DNA of 64,000 bases, from positions 1,728,001 through 1,792,000 of the forward strand of contig CAWKDB010000010.1 of assembly GCA_963848295.1 (NCBI GenBank), read 5' to 3'. The notes below the pieces were generated by a model. It was not told where the DNA came from. It made no database searches and saw nothing but the letters and a program-made list of their open reading frames with translations. Below, piece by piece: positions 58,745 to 64,000 of this stretch (the stretch's first letter is position 1; every line of letters starts with the position of its first letter). A program made the position numbers and the translations under genes. Origin of the DNA: an uncultured delta proteobacterium. Its GTDB lineage: Bacteria; Myxococcota_A; Polyangia; Haliangiales; Haliangiaceae.

Positions 58745-59593
58745 TCAAACGTTCTGGCGACTTGGCAGCGCTGGCGCCGCCGCCAGCACGACATCGCTGT
58801 CTGCCTCGATCGCGTCGACCGCGAGGACGTCGTCGCGATGTGGCGCGAGGATCCAGCCGAGGTAGCTCTTCACCGCGCGGCCCGGCAGCCCGAGCTCCTG
58901 GTGCTGACCGCGCGGGCAGTGATAGGTGCCGAACACGACGTCGGTCCACGGCGCGAGGTTCGAAAAGTTGTGCTCGGTGCGCGCGACGTTTGCGTGATGC
59001 CAGTGATGCAGCTCGGGCGCTCCGACGAGCACGCGCAACGGACCGATCGGCAGCCGCACGTTCGAGTGGATGAACGCCGCCCACACGCCGCGGAACACGA
59101 TCAGCCAGCCGAGACCGGCGAGCCCGACGCCGAACACCAGGGCGACCGCGTTCATCGCGATCTGGGTGAGCAGGCCGTCGACCGGATGCTCGCGATGCGC
59201 GGCGAGCCAATCGAGCTCGAGGCTCGAGTGATGGACGCGATGAAACGCCCACAGCCACGACACGTCGTGAGACGCGCGGTGATACCAGTACGTCAACAGA
59301 TCGCCGACCAGCACGACCTCGATCGCCTGCACCGGCCACGGCTGAGTCGCGAACGCGGGCGGCCACGACGCGGGCACGACATGCGCCAGCAAGTGACTCA
59401 CGAGCACGAGGCCCGCGAGCTCGACCCCGAGCCACAGCAAGTGCTGGCCGAAATAGAACGCGAGATCGGTCGACAGCTGCTTGCGCAGCCGGCGTTGGTT
59501 CGGGCGGTTTGGATAGCACCACTCGATCGCCCCGAGCACGACGCCGAGCCCGATCAGTTGCGCCGACGCATAGCCGAGCGTCGCGATCATCAC
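58745..59593 (-). CDS. sterol desaturase/fatty acid hydroxylase family di-iron enzyme
   Basis: His boxes YWYHRASH, FHRVHHS, HSN, HHWHH; NFS...W.D.VFGT. Confidence 0.92.
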   Translation of the reverse strand: MMIATLGYASAQLIGLGVVLGAIEWCYPNRPNQRRLRKQLSTDLAFYFGQHLLWLGVELAGLVLVSHLLAHVVPASWPPAFATQPWPVQAIEVVLVGDLLTYWYHRASHDVSWLWAFHRVHHSSLELDWLAAHREHPVDGLLTQIAMNAVALVFGVGLAGLGWLIVFRGVWAAFIHSNVRLPIGPLRVLVGAPELHHWHHANVARTEHNFSNLAPWTDVVFGTYHCPRGQHQELGLPGRAVKSYLGWILAPHRDDVLAVDAIEADSDVVLAAAPALPSRQNV

Positions 59594-59895
59594 AGCCCCG
59601 CCGGTGCTTTCGTCGCAGGGAAATATTCCGGTTCGCGGATCGCCGCATCGGCGGGCGCAGCCGGTGGTGCTCGGCGCGCTTGGACCGCCTGCGGCGGCGC
59701 CGCTTGCTGCGGAGTTGGCTCCGGCTCGCTTGCCCCGTACAACCCACCCGGCGCTTTCGAGGCCGAGAACGACGAGGTGGGCGTGGTGCCCGCGGGCGAG
59801 CTCGCATGATGAGTGTGGGCGCACATCGTGAGGCCGAGACAGCCAACCGCCATGACGAGGATGCCGATTCGCACCGCACGCGGGGGTCGCTTCAT
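59590..59895 (-). CDS. small exported protein with repeated F-x-A-S/T-K-A-P-x-G-L motif
   Basis: Hydrophobic N-terminus; FSASKAPGGL and FPATKAPAGL; GTGA-coupled to the desaturase. Confidence 0.65.
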   Translation of the reverse strand: MKRPPRAVRIGILVMAVGCLGLTMCAHTHHASSPAGTTPTSSFSASKAPGGLYGASEPEPTPQQAAPPQAVQARRAPPAAPADAAIREPEYFPATKAPAGL

Positions 59896-59929
59896 GCCGT
59901 TAGCGAACCACGCCGAGCGCCGCGGTTGC

Positions 59930-59949
59930 GTAAGGCGTCTGTAAGGCGT
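59930..59949. promoter_or_regulatory. 11-bp-period direct repeat (OmpR/PhoB-type site)
   Basis: GTAAGGCGT-ct-GTAAGGCGT in the divergent intergenic region. Confidence 0.55.
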
Positions 59950-60000
59950 TTTGTGCGCGGCCAGGTGGCCCGCGATCGGCGAATCACAGAGACTCCGCGA

Positions 60001-61245
60001 ATGGCTTCACGCGTAGCTCTAGTGACTATCTTGGCCTGCACGATCGCGAGCACCGCGGTCCACGCCCAGGCCCAGCTCGTACCGACCGACGCTCCAAAGC
60101 CGGCCGACCCGAAGGCGACGATCGACGGATGGAATCCGTTCCTCGCGATCACGTCGACGCTCAACGTCGTGTCGAACTCGAACGTGATCGGTCAGATCAA
60201 CGGCGTGTCGACGGTGTTCGGCCTCGGGTTGCTCGGCGGCGCCGACTACGTCCACGGCAAGCACTTCTTGCAGACCAGCCTCGTGATCAACGAAGCGTTC
60301 GCACGCACGCCGGTCATCCACCACTTCATCAAGTCGACCGACGCGGCGAAGCTCGAGGCGATCTACGACTACTTCCTGATCGACCACGCCGGGCTCTACG
60401 GCCGGCTCAGCCTCGCGACCTCGTTCTTCGAGAGCGACGACATCCGCGGCACCCCGACCTCGTGGGTCGACGTGACGACGACCACGCCGCAGCCGCTCGC
60501 CCAGAACGCGCTCGAGCAGCACCTCGCCGACGGGTTCAAGCCGTTCACGATCTCGGAATCGGCCGGCGGGTTCTACGATCCGATCAAGCGGCCCGAGATC
60601 GCGCTGTCGCTGCGCCTCGGTGTCGGCGGCCGCAGCACGTTCGCGAACGGGGTGTACGTCAACCACGACGACCCGACCACGCCCGAGGTCGAGCTGCTCG
60701 AGCTGTCCGATGTGCAGCAGCTCGGGGTCGAAGCGTTCGCCGGCGCGATCGGCAAGCTCGACACCGGCAGGTTCAACTACAAGGCCGGCATCGCGGTGCT
60801 GTTTCCGTTCGTCAACAACGATTCGGCCAATCGCAGCGCGGGCGAGCTGACCCGCGTCGCGTTCGACGCGACGTTGACCTACGCGATGAGCTCGTGGCTG
60901 TCGGCGGTGTACTCGATGAGCGTGATCCGCGACCCGCAGCTGTTCCCCGACGGCAAGGACGAGGTCCAGATCCAGAACACGCTGCTGCTGACGTTCCAGC
61001 TGAATCTCGTGAAGAAGAAGGAAGCGCCGAAGCCCAAGACCAAGGAGCAGCTGCAGCTCGAGGATGCGATCCATCGCGCCGACGAGGCCGAGAAGAAGCT
61101 CAAGGACGTGGAGCAGAAGCTCAAGGACGCCACCCCGCCGACCCCGCCGACCCCGCCGACCGCGCCGACCGCGCCGACCGCGCCAACCGCGCCGACCGCG
61201 CCACCCGCGCCACCGGCTCCACCGCCGGTGAATCAGACGCCGTAG
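60001..61245 (+). CDS. outer-membrane beta-barrel protein (DUF3078-like) with C-terminal coiled coil and Pro tail
   Basis: Signal peptide; beta strands, FIKSTD motif, QIQNTLLLTFQ; (PTA)n tail. Confidence 0.7.
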   Translation: MASRVALVTILACTIASTAVHAQAQLVPTDAPKPADPKATIDGWNPFLAITSTLNVVSNSNVIGQINGVSTVFGLGLLGGADYVHGKHFLQTSLVINEAFARTPVIHHFIKSTDAAKLEAIYDYFLIDHAGLYGRLSLATSFFESDDIRGTPTSWVDVTTTTPQPLAQNALEQHLADGFKPFTISESAGGFYDPIKRPEIALSLRLGVGGRSTFANGVYVNHDDPTTPEVELLELSDVQQLGVEAFAGAIGKLDTGRFNYKAGIAVLFPFVNNDSANRSAGELTRVAFDATLTYAMSSWLSAVYSMSVIRDPQLFPDGKDEVQIQNTLLLTFQLNLVKKKEAPKPKTKEQLQLEDAIHRADEAEKKLKDVEQKLKDATPPTPPTPPTAPTAPTAPTAPTAPPAPPAPPPVNQTP

Positions 61246-61254
61246 CCGATACGG

Positions 61255-61656
61255 TCAGTACGTGATGTACGGGCCGCCCGAAGAGGCGGCGCCGACGATC
61301 TCGTCCTCGGGCTCGTCCTCGTCGATCACCTGCGCGGTGACCGCGGCGTTGCCCTGGAGCACGAAGATCTTCACCGCCGAGGCCGGGATGCGCGCGTTCG
61401 GCGCGACCCGCCGCAAGATCGACAGGATGTTGCGCTGGATATCGTCGACCTCGGTGACCGCCGGCCCGGCCTTGATCACCTTGCCGACCCAGCGCTCGCG
61501 ATCCTTCTCGTCGCCGATCTCCATGACGCGCAAGAAGTCGTCGGAGCTCCCGTCGAAGTACTTCTTGTCGCCCGGCTTGGACAGCGCGAGGCCTTCGCGC
61601 AGCTTGCTGTCGATCTTGGTTGCGAAGAAAAGGGCGCAGGTCTTATCGAGTTTCAT
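61255..61656 (-). CDS. hypothetical cytoplasmic protein
   Basis: Natural composition from ATG 61656, downstream of tRNA-Gln. Confidence 0.7.
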   Translation of the reverse strand: MKLDKTCALFFATKIDSKLREGLALSKPGDKKYFDGSSDDFLRVMEIGDEKDRERWVGKVIKAGPAVTEVDDIQRNILSILRRVAPNARIPASAVKIFVLQGNAAVTAQVIDEDEPEDEIVGAASSGGPYITY

Positions 61657-61691
61657 ATGGGCTCTCGCCGCGCGCACGGCGGCCATCGGCG

Positions 61692-61762
61692 TTCGGGGAC
61701 AAGGATTCGAACCTTGATAAGGAGCTCCAAAGGCTCCTGTCCTGCCATTAGACGATCCCCGA
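61692..61762 (-). tRNA. tRNA-Gln(TTG)
   Basis: TCGGGGA/TCCCCGA acceptor stem, GGAGC-CTTTGGA-GCTCC anticodon arm, GGTTCGAATCC; CCA not encoded. Confidence 0.95.
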
Positions 61763-61893
61763 TCTTCGACGGCACGATACCGCACACCGTCGGAGCGCGC
61801 TAGGCATCCCTATGATTTCGTTGAGACCTTCGCGAGTTCGACGCTCACACTCTTGCCTCGTTTCCGCGAACCCATTAGGGTCGCGCCCCACTT

Positions 61894-61967
61894 GGCGAGG
61901 TAGCTCAGCTGGTTAGAGCAGGGGTTTCATAAGCCCAAGGTCGGCAGTTCAAGTCTGCCCCCCGCCA
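61894..61967 (+). tRNA. tRNA-Met(CAT), probably elongator
   Basis: GGCGAGG...TAGCTCAGCTGGTTAGAGC, loop TTCATAA, GTTCAAGTC; G1-C72 pair argues against initiator; Ile2 not fully excluded. Confidence 0.9.
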
Positions 61968-62034
61968 CGAATGGCATACTGATCGCGTGTTGGTCCGGCC
62001 GCATCTGTCTATCGGCGCGGCGCGCCCGAAGCTC

Positions 62035-62547
62035 ATGCGACATCCCGATCCGACCCTGCTCGCGGACATCGTCAGCCCGAAAGTGTTGCGCGCGCTCGAG
62101 CTCGCGTCGCAGGCCTTGACGGCCGCGCGCGTTCGACACGTCGTAGTCGGTGGCATCGCGGTCGGAGCGAACGGCTATCCGCGAAACACCACCGACGTCG
62201 AGCTACTCGTCGGCGACGAGGCGTTCGAGCGCGACGCCAACGGCCTCGTCACGTTGCGAGCCGGTGTGCCGTTTCAGGTCGACGGCGTCGCGGTGGACTT
62301 TCTGTCTCCCGAGCCGGGAGAGTCCTTCTTGGAAGATGCGCTCTCCGCTCCGCCGGGCTCGATCATCGAGGCCGGACCGCTCGTCTACATGAAGCTCAAG
62401 GCAGCTCGCCGCAAGGATCAGGTCGACGTCATCGAGCTCGTCAGGGCGAGCCTCGACATCGACGGTTGCCGCGCGTTTCTCACCGAGCACGCCGCGGGGT
62501 TCGTGCCGTTGTTCGACCAGCTCGTCGAGCGCGCGAGTCGCGAGTAA
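62035..62547 (+). CDS. Pol-beta-superfamily nucleotidyltransferase-like protein (DUF6036/AbiEii-like)
   Basis: VVGGIAV...G..R.T.DVE motif and MKL.A.R.KD..D. Confidence 0.72.
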   Translation: MRHPDPTLLADIVSPKVLRALELASQALTAARVRHVVVGGIAVGANGYPRNTTDVELLVGDEAFERDANGLVTLRAGVPFQVDGVAVDFLSPEPGESFLEDALSAPPGSIIEAGPLVYMKLKAARRKDQVDVIELVRASLDIDGCRAFLTEHAAGFVPLFDQLVERASRE

Positions 62548-62551
62548 CCTC

Positions 62552-62716
62552 ATGGCGTCGAGCGACAGACGACGTGCTTGGCACGAGCTAAAGACCACCC
62601 AGACCGTGCTCCGCGGTCGCGATCGCGATGCGCTCCTGAACGCGATCGCAAACCCGCCGACGCCGGCGCCTCGCCTGATCTCGGCGCTTCGCAGACATCG
62701 CAAGCTCGGCGACTGA
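62552..62716 (+). CDS. 54-aa DUF1778 (TacA/AtaR) antitoxin-like C-terminal fragment
   Basis: Manual translation MASSDRRRAWHELKTTQTVLRGRDRDALLNAIANPPTPAPRLISALRRHRKLGD; below the ORF-track cutoff. Confidence 0.55.
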   Translation: MASSDRRRAWHELKTTQTVLRGRDRDALLNAIANPPTPAPRLISALRRHRKLGD

Positions 62717-62855
62717 GCTCGCACTCTGTCGCGGCCGCAGCGCTGGTCGCCGGTCGCAAGGGTCGCTAGCCGACGTGTCACCGGCGCGCAACAACCCGCG
62801 ATCTCGAGCAACAGTCATAGCTGACGGTTTTTGCGAAACGCGGTAAACCTGCCGC

Positions 62856-63917
62856 ATGGACTTCGCACTCGATGACGATCAACAGCTGATCGTCGACACG
62901 GTTCGTCGCTTCGCCGACCGCGACCTGCGCGCGTGGGCCGCCGATGCCGATCGCGCCGGCGCGCCTCCCGACAAGCTCGCGGCGGTCGGCGGAGACCTCG
63001 GCTTCATGCTCGACGCCGTGCCCGAGGCCGCCGGCGGCACGCTCGACGGCGCGTACTTGCACGTCACGCGCGCGTTGCGCGGCTACGAGCTCGGGCGCGG
63101 CTGCCCCGCGCTCGCCGCGTTGCTCGAGGCGAACGTCGAGCCGGCGCTCGCGGTCGAGCGCTGGGGCTCGGCGGCGGCGAAGCAAGCGCTGTTCGGCTCC
63201 CTCGCGGCCGGTGGCAGCGCGACCTTCATCCACGATTCGCGCGGCGCGATCGCGGTCGACGGCGATCGGCTGACCGGCAAGCTCGGGCCCGCGCCGGTGC
63301 TCGCGCAGGCCGGCTTCGTCGTGCTCGCGACCGGCGGCCTACTCGCGCTGATCGCGACCGATAAGATGAAGCGCACTCCGATCACGCCGAGCGGCTGGCG
63401 CGCCGCGCAGTGGGCGACCGCCGAGCTCCATGCGCACGCGGTCGGCGATGACTTCGTGCTGTCGCGCGATCCCGCCGCGATCGCCGAGGTCCTCGCGTGG
63501 GCGCGCACGAGCCTCGCGGCGCGTGCATGTGGCGTCGCCGCCGCCGCGATGGAGCACGCCGAGCACTACGGCAAGGAGCGCATCCAGTTCGGCCAGCCGA
63601 TCGGCCAGTTCGAGTCGCTGATCCGGCTGCGCGACGACGCGCAGACCACGACCGCCGCGGCGCGCCTGATGGCGTTGCACGCCGCGTGGCAGCTCGATCG
63701 CAACCTGCCCGGTGCGCACGATGCGGCGAGCCGCGCGCGCGTGATCGCCGGCGATGTCGTCGCCCGCGCCACGATCGATGCGGTGCAGATCTTCGGCGGC
63801 TACGGGTTCGTCAACGACTATCCGGTCGAGAAGCTGATGCGCGATGCGCGCGCGTTCGAGGCGATCTACGGCGACGAGCGGCTCGGCCGCGTGCTCGCGC
63901 AGAAAGCGATGGCGTAG
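62856..63917 (+). CDS. acyl-CoA dehydrogenase family protein
   Basis: MDFALDDDQQ, ERIQFGQPIG.F, AVQIFGGYGF...YPVEKLMRDAR. Confidence 0.9.
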   Translation: MDFALDDDQQLIVDTVRRFADRDLRAWAADADRAGAPPDKLAAVGGDLGFMLDAVPEAAGGTLDGAYLHVTRALRGYELGRGCPALAALLEANVEPALAVERWGSAAAKQALFGSLAAGGSATFIHDSRGAIAVDGDRLTGKLGPAPVLAQAGFVVLATGGLLALIATDKMKRTPITPSGWRAAQWATAELHAHAVGDDFVLSRDPAAIAEVLAWARTSLAARACGVAAAAMEHAEHYGKERIQFGQPIGQFESLIRLRDDAQTTTAAARLMALHAAWQLDRNLPGAHDAASRARVIAGDVVARATIDAVQIFGGYGFVNDYPVEKLMRDARAFEAIYGDERLGRVLAQKAMA

Positions 63918-63919
63918 TC

Positions 63920-64000
63920 ATGGATCTCTTCCACGCCAACCCGATGCTCCAGGGCGTGCGCCAGATGCTCGGCGCGTTCGCGAAGCAATCGATCCGCCCG
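63920..64000 (+). CDS. partial CDS, probably a second acyl-CoA dehydrogenase
   Basis: MDLFHANPMLQGVRQMLGAFAKQSIRP resembles the FA...IRP N-terminus of this family. Confidence 0.5.
   Translation, partial: MDLFHANPMLQGVRQMLGAFAKQSIRP

Noticed and set aside
61656..61785. N-terminal extension of ORF 61255-61785
   Set aside because: It runs through tRNA-Gln; the real start is more likely ATG 61656
61967..62856. Integrated prophage or island at tRNA-Met
   Set aside because: No integrase and no duplicated tRNA 3' end found downstream

Overview
GC-rich (about 70% by eye) bacterial chromosome segment. The gene content (many Cys-rich lipoproteins, Ser/Thr kinases, a MYXO-CTERM-like tail, Pro/Thr linkers) suggests Myxococcota; the taxon is an inference. 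It holds about 63 CDS and two tRNAs (Gln-TTG, Met-CAT). Housekeeping and metabolic genes include a thiolase, acyl-CoA dehydrogenases, a 3-part acyl-CoA carboxylase, miaE, tatD, tcdA, M2/M3 peptidases, yqjG and msrC. There is a starch/maltodextrin locus with two GH13 enzymes and a LamB-type porin. Main findings: (1) an integrase-less 803-bp hicAB islet flanked by a perfect 34-bp duplication of the porin gene's 3' end; (2) a sigma54-like promoter plus a GTTGC-N5-GCAAC palindrome upstream of all three maltodextrin genes, with identical spacing in two of them; (3) frequent TANNNT hexamers 5-8 nt before start codons, suggesting leaderless mRNAs, including two bidirectional -10 elements; (4) two shuffled 4-Cys lipoprotein modules; (5) a small motif-repeat protein coupled to a di-iron hydroxylase/desaturase; (6) a 79/80-bp structured tandem repeat. 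Five single-base frameshifts are probably assembly errors. No CRISPR array, rRNA, transposase or integrase was seen.
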